A stretch of 64,000 nucleotides of DNA from Candidatus Poribacteria bacterium (GTDB lineage Bacteria > Poribacteria > WGA-4E > WGA-3G). This document shows positions 42,160-52,473 of this stretch, one piece after another. The translations under genes and the position numbers were made by a program. How positions within the stretch are numbered: position 1 is the first letter of the stretch; every line of letters begins with the position of its first letter. The notes under the pieces are model-generated. The model was not told the DNA's origin, ran no database searches, and saw only the letters and a list, made by a program, of their open reading frames with translations. The stretch is from positions 352,001 through 416,000 of the forward strand of contig OZ243938.1 of NCBI GenBank assembly GCA_965214095.1. Reading direction: 5' to 3'.

Positions 42160-42173
42160 TAATCAGGGATATT

Positions 42174-42499
42174 TAGTTCTAGGGATTCGTCCTTATTTAA
42201 GTTAACGGATTGTTAAATCACTGAATCGGTCTCATCACTGAATATATTGATGCTTGGCTGAACCAGGATTTTCAGGATGGACAGATGGACGCATCAACGG
42301 TCCGAATGCCTTTTGCCATTCCCCAGGATAAGAGCCTGAAACATCAAAGTGCCATTCAGACAATAAACATCAAATTGAGAATATGAACTTTGCAGTGCCA
42401 AACTCATAATCCTATAAATCCTGGTTCAGACAAATAGGAATCCAAACCCATACTGGATTTAACATTTGTGAATAATATTGAACAAAAATCCTAAAACTG
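42174..42499. mobile_element. MITE-like shell related to 16066-16841
   Basis: tagttctagggattcg ... aatcctaaaactg imperfect inverted ends; internal ctgaaccaggattt / aaatcctggttcag inverted pair. Confidence 0.6.
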
Positions 42500-42944
42500 A
42501 ATATCCCGCACAAACCTTTACCCCGCACAACGCAAATTACAACGTATCTCATAAATATTAGTTGGTGTGTTTTTTTCTTTAAACGTTAATCATCTCTGTT
42601 AAACTATTTCTACTAAGAGTAAGGAGATGCTCACACCCGCTTCTTCACATGCTAAACTCATAGAAGTGCACCTTAGCAACACAGCCAGATCAGCAATAAC
42701 CTCTTGTGACAACTGGATGCAACACTCCTTTTTCGCGAAGGTTTTTGTTATCAAATTTTTCCAAAAACACCAAATTATAATGCAATTAATGCAAAATGTT
42801 TTTAAGGATACCGTATTTTCAACCCAAAACATAACATCCCTTTAAGGTCTGTTCTTGCATTTGAAGGAACCTTTTCACGCTTTGTGTATAATATTGAACG
42901 AAAAACCGAAAAACTAAATGTCCCTGCACCATCATTGAAAGATC

Positions 42945-42973
42945 TTGACATAATTTGGATTAAAGGTTATACT
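42945..42973 (+). promoter_or_regulatory. Sigma70 promoter
   Basis: TTGACA-17-TATACT upstream of the SDR gene. Confidence 0.7.
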
Positions 42974-43038
42974 TGTATTAAGAAATGACATATCACAAAT
43001 TGAAAGGATAAATGGAATTCTCACCATAAAGATATCTT

Positions 43039-43830
43039 ATGAATTTTGGACTCACAGACAAAATTGCTGTTGTAGGCGCGTCAAGCAAAGGACTTGGAAG
43101 AGCAATCGCACTTGGTTTGGCGAAAGAAGGGGCAAAAGTCACAATCTGTGCCAGAAATAGCGACACTTTGGAAGAAACAGCTGAAGAAATAAGAAAAGAA
43201 ACAAGTTCTGAAATCTTAGCAGTACCGACTGATGTAAGCCAACCCAAACAAGTAGAATCCCTCATTGAAAAAACAGTATCACATTTTGGAGGGATTGATA
43301 TTTTGGTCAACAATGCTGGAGGACCTAGAGCCGGTAGATTTGATGACCTTTCAGCAGAAGATTATTTGAGTGCTGTTCAACTGAATTTAATGAGTACAAT
43401 AAACCTATGTCGTGCTGTTGTTCCAACGATGCGCGAACGCGGTGGTGGACGCATTATCAATTTAACATCTGTCTCTGTCAAACAACCTGTAGATGGTCTG
43501 ATGTTATCAAATATGGCGCGTACAGGAGTCATTGGATTTGCAAAAACGCTCGCTAATGAACTTGCATCTGATAAAATTCTCGTCAACAACGTCTGTCCCG
43601 GTATTATTTTTACAGATAGGATTAAGCAGTTAGCCACCGTACGAGCGGAAGAGGCGGGTATCTCTTTTGACGCAGCTCTTGAGAAAATGACAGCTGACAT
43701 TCCACTTGGTAGAATTGGCGATCCAGAAGAATTCGCAAACTTAGTCGTATTCCTCGCTTCTGAACGCGCAAGTTATATTACAGGAACAACAATTCAAGTT
43801 GATGGAGGTATGGTAAGATCTCTGCTATAA
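43039..43830 (+). CDS. SDR-family oxidoreductase
   Basis: GASSKGLG, NNAGGP, SNMAR (atypical YxxxK), DGG. Confidence 0.9.
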   Translation: MNFGLTDKIAVVGASSKGLGRAIALGLAKEGAKVTICARNSDTLEETAEEIRKETSSEILAVPTDVSQPKQVESLIEKTVSHFGGIDILVNNAGGPRAGRFDDLSAEDYLSAVQLNLMSTINLCRAVVPTMRERGGGRIINLTSVSVKQPVDGLMLSNMARTGVIGFAKTLANELASDKILVNNVCPGIIFTDRIKQLATVRAEEAGISFDAALEKMTADIPLGRIGDPEEFANLVVFLASERASYITGTTIQVDGGMVRSLL

Positions 43831-43916
43831 TACAATCATTGTTCTCAACCTGCATGATACCGCATCTCTATTCTAATAACCAAATATAAATGAAAACTAT
43901 TTCGAAGTAATGTACA

Positions 43917-44627
43917 ATGTTAGTATCTGTTATCATTCCAGCATATAACGAAGAACAAACGATCCTTCAGGTACTAGAAAATGTGCAAGCATTACCTATT
44001 CAGAAACAGATTATCGTTGTTAATGATGGTTCTACAGATAACACACACGCTCTTCTTAAAAAAGTAAGTGTTGATAGTGAGATTACTGTAATTCATCATG
44101 AAGTGAATAAAGGCAAAGGTCATGCAATACGAAGTGGGATAACGCATGTCAAGGGCAGTTCGGTTGTCATACAGGATGCTGATATGGAACTCTGTCCGAA
44201 TGATATATTGCAGTTAGTTGAACTGTTAGAAAATGAAAGTGTGGAAGTGGTTTACGGTTCAAGGTTTCTAAAGGGGAGAGGAAACGCGAGTCTTCACAAC
44301 TATATTGCTAATAGAATCTTAGCAATCTATACAAATATACTCTATGGATGCAGAATCACAGATGAGTCAACTGGCTATAAAGCGTTTTCTACAAATTTGA
44401 TAAAAGAGCTCAATTTAACATGTGAAGGATTTGAATTTTGTCCAGAAGTAACAGCAAAGATATTGCGTGGTGGTTATACAATTCTTGAGGTGCCTGTCTC
44501 GTATTTTCCGCGCACCAAGAAGGAAGGTAAAAAACTCCGCTATTTCACTGATGGATTTTTTGCTGCGTGGACATTGTTGAAATATCGTTTTATTTCAAGG
44601 AATAAGATTTTTAAGAACAATTCATGA
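43917..44627 (+). CDS. GT2 glycosyltransferase (DPM-synthase-like)
   Basis: IIPAYNE, NDGSTD, NKGKG, QDADME, VYGSRF. Confidence 0.9.
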   Translation: MLVSVIIPAYNEEQTILQVLENVQALPIQKQIIVVNDGSTDNTHALLKKVSVDSEITVIHHEVNKGKGHAIRSGITHVKGSSVVIQDADMELCPNDILQLVELLENESVEVVYGSRFLKGRGNASLHNYIANRILAIYTNILYGCRITDESTGYKAFSTNLIKELNLTCEGFEFCPEVTAKILRGGYTILEVPVSYFPRTKKEGKKLRYFTDGFFAAWTLLKYRFISRNKIFKNNS

Positions 44628-46270
44628 CAAATACACTTGGAGGTATATATTTGAAAATGCATAAAACATTGTTTATTTCTACGTTCTCTGTTTTGCTCAT
44701 TGTGGGATTTACCGTTTCTGTATTTGGACACGGAGATGATTCCACACTTTTAGAAGATGTCAATAATGATGGACAAGTTAACATTCAGGATCTTGTGTTG
44801 GTTGCTGGAGCATTTGGACAGCCGGGAGATCGTACTTCTGCAAAGAATCCCGATGTCAATCGGGATGGTGTGGTTGATATACTTGACCTTGTTCGCGTGG
44901 CAAATCGTTTTGGTGAAACCGAACAAGGAGACAACTCAACCTATCATGACATTCAGGACAACATTTTTGATAAAAGTTGTGCGAATAGTGCATGTCATGC
45001 ACCTCCAGGGAACGCTGCAAGTCTAAACCTAACGTATGGACAGTCATATCAGGATTTGGTGAATAGGATACCACGGAATTCTGCTGCTGCAGCAGCGGGT
45101 ATGAAACTAATTGACCCCGGTAATCCAGATAACAGTTTCCTACTGACAAAGTTAATGGCATCTGAAAATCCAGACTTCGGAAATCGTATGCCATTTCAAA
45201 TGGGCCCCCTACATAATGGAAAAATAGAAGCATTACGGACATGGATTACTGCAGGTGCACCCCGTGAGAGTAAGGTCGCTGGTGTGGGTGACTTAGGCGT
45301 ACTTCGTGATCCGCAAGAGGTATTCAACCCACCACCAGCACCTGCTCCTGGTGAAGGATATCAACTCTATCTACCGCCCTTCAAAATTGAACCTGGCACA
45401 GAACGAGAAGTCTACTTTGCAACACAAATTATGGATGAAAACGGTCTGCCGATAGAAGAAGATATTTTCATCAATAGGGTTGAAATCTTCTATCCCTCGG
45501 GTAGTCATCACTTCATCATATATCGGCTGACAGAGGAAGGACTTGAAAATGGAATTCTGGATAGAGGTATAGACACAAGTATTGGTGTCAATCCAGAACA
45601 CGAATTCAGAGAACTTGATCCTGATGATCCACAAGTATTGGGTAATTTCGGGATTGATAGGTTATTTGTTGTAGGCACACAAACAGATGACACAAATTTT
45701 GCATTTCCAGAAGGTGTTGCATTGCGACTGCCTGGGAATACGGTTTTTGACTTGAATTCTCACTATATCAATCTTCTTGGAGATGAAACATTGCTTGGTG
45801 AAACCTATGTCAATATCTATACTATTCCCGAAGAAGAGGTAAAATACGAAGCAATTGAAATATTTGTATCAAACCGATCTATCAACGTTCCTCCCAACAC
45901 AACACGGGTTGCTAAATTGACTTGGTATGTTGAAGATGAGTTAGAACGTCGTGGACATGATCCTGACACGGAGTTACATGTGTTTCTGCTTACATCACAC
46001 ATGCATAGACACGGTGAATTGTTTGAGATTTTCCAAGACTCAACAGGTGAGTTGTTACACCGTAGTATAGCCTACGACGATGCACCTATTACACTGTTTG
46101 ATACACCCCTAATTTTAGGTGTGGACGATGGTATAAAATTCCAGTGTACCCACAACAATTACGATATTGATGGTCCACTCCAATTCGGACTTACCTCCGA
46201 AGATGAGATGTGTATTATCTTCGGATATTACTTTATCCCAATTGAAAAAGCTGGAGAGACGATAAGATAG
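44624..46270 (+). CDS. Secreted dockerin + cytochrome-c-like + copper type II (PHM/DBH-like) monooxygenase
   Basis: DVNNDGQVNIQDL / DVNRDGVVDILDL; SCANSACH...RMP; GSHHF, NSHY, SHMH, DEMC. Start probably 44651 or 44657. Confidence 0.75.
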   Translation: MTNTLGGIYLKMHKTLFISTFSVLLIVGFTVSVFGHGDDSTLLEDVNNDGQVNIQDLVLVAGAFGQPGDRTSAKNPDVNRDGVVDILDLVRVANRFGETEQGDNSTYHDIQDNIFDKSCANSACHAPPGNAASLNLTYGQSYQDLVNRIPRNSAAAAAGMKLIDPGNPDNSFLLTKLMASENPDFGNRMPFQMGPLHNGKIEALRTWITAGAPRESKVAGVGDLGVLRDPQEVFNPPPAPAPGEGYQLYLPPFKIEPGTEREVYFATQIMDENGLPIEEDIFINRVEIFYPSGSHHFIIYRLTEEGLENGILDRGIDTSIGVNPEHEFRELDPDDPQVLGNFGIDRLFVVGTQTDDTNFAFPEGVALRLPGNTVFDLNSHYINLLGDETLLGETYVNIYTIPEEEVKYEAIEIFVSNRSINVPPNTTRVAKLTWYVEDELERRGHDPDTELHVFLLTSHMHRHGELFEIFQDSTGELLHRSIAYDDAPITLFDTPLILGVDDGIKFQCTHNNYDIDGPLQFGLTSEDEMCIIFGYYFIPIEKAGETIR

Positions 46271-46315
46271 AGTCTTTCTATTGCAATCAGTAAATTCTAT
46301 TATCTACCTAAGATT

Positions 46316-46344
46316 CCCGTGTCTACACAAGTAGGCACGGGTTT
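46316..46344 (+). terminator. Hairpin / possible terminator
   Basis: cccgtgtctac-acaa-gtaggcacggg followed by ttt. Confidence 0.5.
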
Positions 46345-46377
46345 CATGTAACGTCTTCAGACACGGTTGCTTACACT

Positions 46378-48258
46378 ATGTCCACAAACCCCAAATCATA
46401 CAACAACTTCATTGATTCCTTGTCAAACCGAGTACTGGTATGTGATGGTGCAATAGGAACAGAATTACGCAAACGGATAAATGCATTACTTCCATGTGTC
46501 GATGCTTGTAATATCATTGAAGAATATGTTGATGATGTGGTCAATGTTCATACTGCTTATGCCAATGCAGGTGCTGATGTCATACAAACCAACACATATC
46601 AAGCAAATAGAGAAGCATTGGCAACACACGGATTTGGTGATCAGGTAGATGAGATTAACCGTGCTGGTGTGAGATTAGCACGAAGTGCTGCAGGAAATAC
46701 ACAGTTTGTAGCTGGTTCTGTTGGCGAAATATCCTTCAACTCTGAGGATACTACTGACGTAGATATTGAACCATCAACCAAAAGGATACGTCATCTATTT
46801 AGAGAACAGATGGATGCACTTGTAGATGAAGGTGTTGATCTGTTAATACTAGAGACCTTTGTCTCACAGAAACAGGCTCAGATTGCAACAAAGCAAGCAC
46901 TTACTTATGACGTGCCTGTAATCGTTGAGATTAGTGGTATATCTGGTGGCACAGTCGGTTCAGGTTTAGATGTGAGAGTGTTTGCTCAGGAACTGGAACA
47001 ACTCGGTGCACATGTAGTCGGTATCAATTGTAGAGGACCCCACGACCTCGTGCAAGCGATGGAACTTCTTGCTCCTGTTATCAGTGTACCACTTGTCGTG
47101 CAACCCAATGCTGGTAACCCAAGGGTTGAACAGGGTGAAATTGCTGTTTCATACACCGTTGATGCGGATGTTTTTACAGACTATGTTCAGAAGTTGATAA
47201 GACTTGGAGCAAATATGATCGGCGGGTGTTGTGGCACTACACCTGAGTATATTACAAAAATTCGTGCAGCAGTAGGAAATCAAAAACCGGTAAAGCGACA
47301 TAGACGTATTTTTGTTCTTCCCAAGAGTTCGCCATCTATCAAAGCACGCACAGACAATCCTGTTCAGCAAGTATTTGAAACGCGTCAACGAATTGTAAGT
47401 GTGGAAGCACGTGCAAATACATTTCCACAATTACGTGCATTGTTGAAAGAAGCAAAAGTATTGGCTGCCATGGGGGTCGATCTCTTTGACGTAACAGACA
47501 ACTCTGGTGCAGCAGTCAACATCGGTGCAGTTGGCACAGCATTTCGTTTGCAACAAGCAACGCATATTCCAACGCTTATTCATTGGACAACGCGATCGCG
47601 AAACCTTATCAGCATGCAATCGCATCTATTGGAAGCAGAGGCATTGGGAATACGCGGCATAGTCGCTCTGTCTGGCGATCATCCCAAGGCAGGTCCTTTT
47701 GAATCTGCAAGTCTCGTGCCAGATGTGCGTGGAGCAGTCCAATTGATGAAACTCATCTCCAGACTCAATCAAGGTGAACTTGCCGACGGTTCGTCAATCG
47801 GCGACCCGTGTGGATTTTATGTCGGTGGAGGTTTCACAATTGCTGAAAATCTTGATCCACATGTCAAGCATTTACGGAATAAGGTGACAGCAGGCGCGAA
47901 ATTTGCTTATACACAACCTGTATGGACTTTTGAGGACATTGTGCGATCTCAGAAAGCTACAGAGAGTATCGGCATTAAGATACTATACGGAATCCTACCA
48001 CTAACAAGCTACCGTAGTGCATCCTATCTACGTGATAATTTAGGTCTATACATTCCACAATTAATTGTGGATAAATTCCGTGACCTTGGCGATACTGCTG
48101 GAAACGAACTCGGTATGAAATTGACACTTGATCTTGTTCGTGAAATACGAAACCAAGATACTATTCAGATTGATGGGATCTATCTTATCCCGCCTGCACG
48201 TTTGAACTGGAAAAACAGACGTGTTGTAATTTCAGAAATCGTGAAAGCCTACCGTTAG
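46378..48258 (+). CDS. Bifunctional homocysteine S-methyltransferase / methylenetetrahydrofolate reductase (YitJ-like)
   Basis: CDGAIGT, AGADVIQTNT, GINC, PNAG, GGCCGTTP; C-terminal VTDN, RSRNL, SGD, TQP. Confidence 0.88.
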   Translation: MSTNPKSYNNFIDSLSNRVLVCDGAIGTELRKRINALLPCVDACNIIEEYVDDVVNVHTAYANAGADVIQTNTYQANREALATHGFGDQVDEINRAGVRLARSAAGNTQFVAGSVGEISFNSEDTTDVDIEPSTKRIRHLFREQMDALVDEGVDLLILETFVSQKQAQIATKQALTYDVPVIVEISGISGGTVGSGLDVRVFAQELEQLGAHVVGINCRGPHDLVQAMELLAPVISVPLVVQPNAGNPRVEQGEIAVSYTVDADVFTDYVQKLIRLGANMIGGCCGTTPEYITKIRAAVGNQKPVKRHRRIFVLPKSSPSIKARTDNPVQQVFETRQRIVSVEARANTFPQLRALLKEAKVLAAMGVDLFDVTDNSGAAVNIGAVGTAFRLQQATHIPTLIHWTTRSRNLISMQSHLLEAEALGIRGIVALSGDHPKAGPFESASLVPDVRGAVQLMKLISRLNQGELADGSSIGDPCGFYVGGGFTIAENLDPHVKHLRNKVTAGAKFAYTQPVWTFEDIVRSQKATESIGIKILYGILPLTSYRSASYLRDNLGLYIPQLIVDKFRDLGDTAGNELGMKLTLDLVREIRNQDTIQIDGIYLIPPARLNWKNRRVVISEIVKAYR

Positions 48259-48269
48259 CATTCTATTCA

Positions 48270-50198
48270 ATGACAACAAATGGTCATCATACCTCAACGA
48301 AGCACATCACAGGACGTTCCCTTCTCATAGGTGTCCTTCTCATTCCTATCAATGTCTACTGGATGACAATCGTTGAGGTGAAATACTACTCACTTGATGG
48401 ATCTTGCCTTCCACTGTTTATTCAACCTATATTCATAATGTTTGTGTGTACTGTCGCAAATGTATCATTGAAACGAATTGCACCGCAATACATGCTGCGT
48501 CAAGGTGAGTTACTGACTATCTATATTATGGTTGCAATCTCCTGCACATTCGCTGGTCACGACACCATGCAGAATATGTTCGGTAGCATTGCGCATCCAT
48601 TCCGTTTTGCTACAGATGAGAATGAATGGCAGACACTGTTCTTTCGGTATCTTCCTGCATGGCTTACCGTGTCTGATCCACAAAGTCTACAAGGGTTTTA
48701 TGAAGGTGATGCCAGTTTCTATAACAAACATAACTTTTTTGTGTGGTTAAAACCGTTACTGTTTTGGGGACTCTTTTTCCTTACAATGATGTTTATGATG
48801 CTATGCATCAACACACTTGTTCGTAAACGTTGGACTGAACAAGAGAAATTGGCTTATCCGATCATACAACTCCCTTTACACCTATCTGAAGCAGGTGGTA
48901 GTAGTTTGTTGCAGAATAGAATGATGTGGGTTGGATTTACGATAGCGGTGGTCATTGGTATCATAAACGGTATTAACTATCTGTTTCCACAGTTTCCACT
49001 TATACCTTATATCAAACGGACAGCTGTGTTTCAAGACATCTTTACAGAACGGCCTTGGAGTGCGATACGAGGGACGCGTATCTCCATATATCCATTTGCT
49101 GTAGGGTTAGCGTTTTTCCTTCCATTAGACCTTTCCTTCTCGTGTTGGTTTTTCTTTGTAGTGCGGTTGGCAGAATTTGTAATAGCAGCTGCTCTTGGCA
49201 CGCGATATTTTCCTGCTTTGAATGAACAGGCTTACGGTGCGTGGGTTGCGTTATTCATACTTGCAGTTTGGGTAACCCGTCGTCATCTGATAGAAGTGTT
49301 GAAAAAGGCATTCGGATTCAGAACTGAAATAGATGACTCAAATGAACCGATGTCATACCGTGCTGCATTGTTAGGTATTCTCGGATCGCTTATTGCACTT
49401 GGTATCTTTGCCAATATCGCTGGGATGGCTTTATGGATAGCAGGCATTTTCTTCGGTATCTATTTTCTTCTCTCATTTGCTATCACTCGCGTTCGCGCTG
49501 AACTCGGCACACCACATGAAATCTATTATGTCAACCCACATGATATGTTGGCAACAGTAGGTGGAACACGTCAGTTTGATCCAAGTAGTCTCACGATAAT
49601 GTCCCTGTTCTACTGGTTCAATCGAGGTTATCGCAATCATCCGATGCCGAATCAGATTGAAGCGTTTAAACTTGCTGAATCGACTGGTATGGGGAATAGA
49701 CGATTATGGGTTGCGATGCTCATTGCGATTGTGGTAGGCATTATAGCAACTTTTTGGGCAAATCTTGACATCACATTTCGAAATGGAGCAGTAGCAAAAG
49801 CGGGTGGATTCAAAGGATGGGTCGGTAGAGAATCCTTCGGTAGACTTCAACGGTGGCTGCACAATCCATCTGAACCGAATGTTGTTGGAATCGGTTTTAT
49901 GGGGATCGGTGCATTGTTGACGTTTGTCATGATGTATATGCGGATGCATTTCTTGTGGTGGCCCTTCCATCCTGCTGGGTATGCACTTGCGATAAGTTTT
50001 GCGATGGATTATTTCTGGTTTGCCTTTTTCGTTGCTTGGTTTTTGAAGTATCTGATTTTACGTCATGGTGGTTTGAAGTTACATCGTAAAGTTGCACCGC
50101 TCTTTTTAGGTCTGATTTTGGGTGATTATGTCATTGGCAGTATATGGGCAATTATTGGTCCTGCTACTGGGTTACGGACTTACAAGATATTTATCTAA
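48270..50198 (+). CDS. Polytopic membrane protein (DUF6785/DUF6784-like, putative transporter)
   Basis: Many TM helices; RWTEQEKLAYPIIQLP, TRVRAELG, WWPFHPAGY, PLFLGLILG. Confidence 0.7.
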   Translation: MTTNGHHTSTKHITGRSLLIGVLLIPINVYWMTIVEVKYYSLDGSCLPLFIQPIFIMFVCTVANVSLKRIAPQYMLRQGELLTIYIMVAISCTFAGHDTMQNMFGSIAHPFRFATDENEWQTLFFRYLPAWLTVSDPQSLQGFYEGDASFYNKHNFFVWLKPLLFWGLFFLTMMFMMLCINTLVRKRWTEQEKLAYPIIQLPLHLSEAGGSSLLQNRMMWVGFTIAVVIGIINGINYLFPQFPLIPYIKRTAVFQDIFTERPWSAIRGTRISIYPFAVGLAFFLPLDLSFSCWFFFVVRLAEFVIAAALGTRYFPALNEQAYGAWVALFILAVWVTRRHLIEVLKKAFGFRTEIDDSNEPMSYRAALLGILGSLIALGIFANIAGMALWIAGIFFGIYFLLSFAITRVRAELGTPHEIYYVNPHDMLATVGGTRQFDPSSLTIMSLFYWFNRGYRNHPMPNQIEAFKLAESTGMGNRRLWVAMLIAIVVGIIATFWANLDITFRNGAVAKAGGFKGWVGRESFGRLQRWLHNPSEPNVVGIGFMGIGALLTFVMMYMRMHFLWWPFHPAGYALAISFAMDYFWFAFFVAWFLKYLILRHGGLKLHRKVAPLFLGLILGDYVIGSIWAIIGPATGLRTYKIFI

Positions 50199-50366
50199 TG
50201 TGCCTTGGATACCTTAGTCAAGAAAATATCCTTACTTGACATTAAAAGGCATGACATATAATCTATTCAACACTGATAGTATTTTTAATCTGGTGAACTG
50301 TGTTCAACTAACTGTAAAGGACATTCTTAAACCGAATTTTCAAGTAATTTAAAGGAGCTGCACCTT

Positions 50367-51380
50367 ATGAAAATTACAAAAATTGAATATCGCACGGTTT
50401 CAATCCCCTTTATACCTGCGATTGAGGAACATTCAGGTATGGTGTATCCAACGACACTTGTTTGGATACACACAGATGAAGGCATTACAGGTTTAGGTGA
50501 ATCTAATGCTGTCCATAGTGATATTACAGAACAAGCAGAACAAATTACAGAGAGATATGTTGGTAAAAACTTCTGGGAATTTGATATTGCCGATGAAGGC
50601 ATCACATTCCAATCAGCATTCTATGATATTGCTGGACAGGCATTAGGTGTCCCTGCACATAAACTAATGGGTCGTCAACATAGAGACAGTGTTGAACTTG
50701 CCTATTGGTCACCTCCGATGCCACCTGAAGCCACTGCTGCAGAGGCAGAACGGGCTGCCAACTTAGGTTTCCGTGTTCATAAACTCAAAGCAAGAAAAGC
50801 AACTATTGTTGAAACAGCAAAGTTAGTGAAAGAAGCATGTGGACCCGATTTTCAACTTCGTGTTGACCCAAACACAGAATTTGGTGATTTGGAAACGGGT
50901 ATCCGATTAGCAGAAGAATTGTTACCATATAACATTGAAGTCTATGAAGACCCAATTCAATTTGAAGACTTGTCATGGTATGCTGAACTTAGAAAACGGA
51001 CAGATGTCCCTGTCGCCAGACATATTGGCGGACTACAAGAGATTTTGCGGAACATACAGGCTGATGCCGTGGATGCGATTAACACACATGGCAATTTATC
51101 TGGACTTCGTAAGAGTGCTGCTATTGCAGAAGCGGTGGAAATTCCTATTTGGGTGCAATGTTTCGCTTTCGGTTGTTGCGTTGCTTCAACCTTTGTTGCA
51201 CACGTGGTTTCTACCATACCAAACTGCTCAATGCCTATTGACGAACTACCACATATTCGGGTTGATGATCTGTCAGGTGGTAGTATGAATCTAAAGAACG
51301 GTGCGATCCATCTGTCAGATGAACCGGGATTAGGTATTCAATTGGATATGGATGCTGTTGAAAAATATAGGATTCGGTAG
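50367..51380 (+). CDS. Mandelate racemase / muconate lactonizing (enolase superfamily) enzyme
   Basis: TDEGITGLGE, YDIAGQALGVP, KLK, RVDPN, YEDP, PGLGI. Confidence 0.88.
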   Translation: MKITKIEYRTVSIPFIPAIEEHSGMVYPTTLVWIHTDEGITGLGESNAVHSDITEQAEQITERYVGKNFWEFDIADEGITFQSAFYDIAGQALGVPAHKLMGRQHRDSVELAYWSPPMPPEATAAEAERAANLGFRVHKLKARKATIVETAKLVKEACGPDFQLRVDPNTEFGDLETGIRLAEELLPYNIEVYEDPIQFEDLSWYAELRKRTDVPVARHIGGLQEILRNIQADAVDAINTHGNLSGLRKSAAIAEAVEIPIWVQCFAFGCCVASTFVAHVVSTIPNCSMPIDELPHIRVDDLSGGSMNLKNGAIHLSDEPGLGIQLDMDAVEKYRIR

Positions 51381-51411
51381 GCAAGTTTTCTATTACACAT
51401 TTGCTGGCATC

Positions 51412-52269
51412 CTATTGCTTTGACTTTAAAATTCCCCAGATGACTGGCAATTTTCTTGTAGGTTCAACGTTATATATCGTTCTGGTTTCATAGTTTTTAA
51501 TTACTTCTTCGTGTGTAAGGGCACGATTGTAAATACGCACTTCATCTATAACGCCTTTGAAAAACCGTGTCCGTGCACCAAGTCGTCCTCCACCACCGAG
51601 ATAAAATGGATTTTCAAAAGGCAAAAATGTTGCTGGTTGTCTTAACTGATGTGCATCAGAATTTATCGGATCACCATCAATATAAATAAGGCTTTGTAGT
51701 TTTTTTATATTATCAACATTTATAATGTTATTTGTAAAGACAAAGTGATGCCAGTTACCATCAGAAATATTTATAGGTTCATGTAATCTATAGATACCAT
51801 GACAACTATTTCCGATTCCGACTTTATAAGAAATGCTGTCGGATATAAAATCTAGTGCTCCCTTATCACCATTTTTTATACTTAATTCCCATGCCATACA
51901 TTTGTCACGTACAGTAAAAAGAATCATACGATCATTCTTATGACCAATAATGATCCATGCTTCAAATGTAGATGAACCGAGTTGACTACCAAATTTTCCA
52001 AGATTCGTCATATTGAGATAATTTTCATCGCCATCAAATTCTAATCCATCACCTATTTTGCCCTGGACAATTTTGGGTTTTCCAAAACTAATTCCGTCAT
52101 TATCACCCCATACATCTTTTAGTTTGTTGTTTCTGATATGTGACTTGTCAAATGTCCAATAACTCACAAGACCATCAGTTACAATTGCATTTAATGGAAC
52201 TTGGAAACACAAAATAGAAAATATTACTGTGCATAGGAAGGAAAAGGTTCGGTTTGTCATTTGCTTCAC
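51412..52269 (-). CDS. Secreted LamG-like jellyroll protein with C-terminal KLxxxWGxLK motif
   Basis: GLVSYWTFD, WHHFVF, FKGVIDEVRIYNRAL, VEPTRKLPVIWGILK. Confidence 0.88.
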   Translation of the reverse strand: MKQMTNRTFSFLCTVIFSILCFQVPLNAIVTDGLVSYWTFDKSHIRNNKLKDVWGDNDGISFGKPKIVQGKIGDGLEFDGDENYLNMTNLGKFGSQLGSSTFEAWIIIGHKNDRMILFTVRDKCMAWELSIKNGDKGALDFISDSISYKVGIGNSCHGIYRLHEPINISDGNWHHFVFTNNIINVDNIKKLQSLIYIDGDPINSDAHQLRQPATFLPFENPFYLGGGGRLGARTRFFKGVIDEVRIYNRALTHEEVIKNYETRTIYNVEPTRKLPVIWGILKSKQ

Positions 52270-52328
52270 CTATTGTAATGAATTATCTATATTCAATTTA
52301 AGGTCTAAACTCATTTACTGACAGGTAT

Positions 52329-52345
52329 AGCAATAAATATGCCAA
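52329..52345 (-). promoter_or_regulatory. Sigma54 (-24/-12) promoter
   Basis: Minus strand TTGGCATATTTATTGCT; TGT-N10/11-ACA candidate enhancer sites at ~52396-52431. Confidence 0.75.
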
Positions 52346-52473
52346 AACTAAGAACTTGATATATACAGATTCTTGGTTAGGTAAGTGGAAAAAATGTACA
52401 AAAATGAACACTACTGTATAGAAAATGAACAAGTTTGTGCATTGTGCGTTTGGTAATATATCTTGAAATTATT

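Noticed and set aside
46271-46377. SAM riboswitch upstream of the YitJ-like gene
   Set aside because: No SAM-I or SAM-II consensus recognisable; only a simple hairpin.
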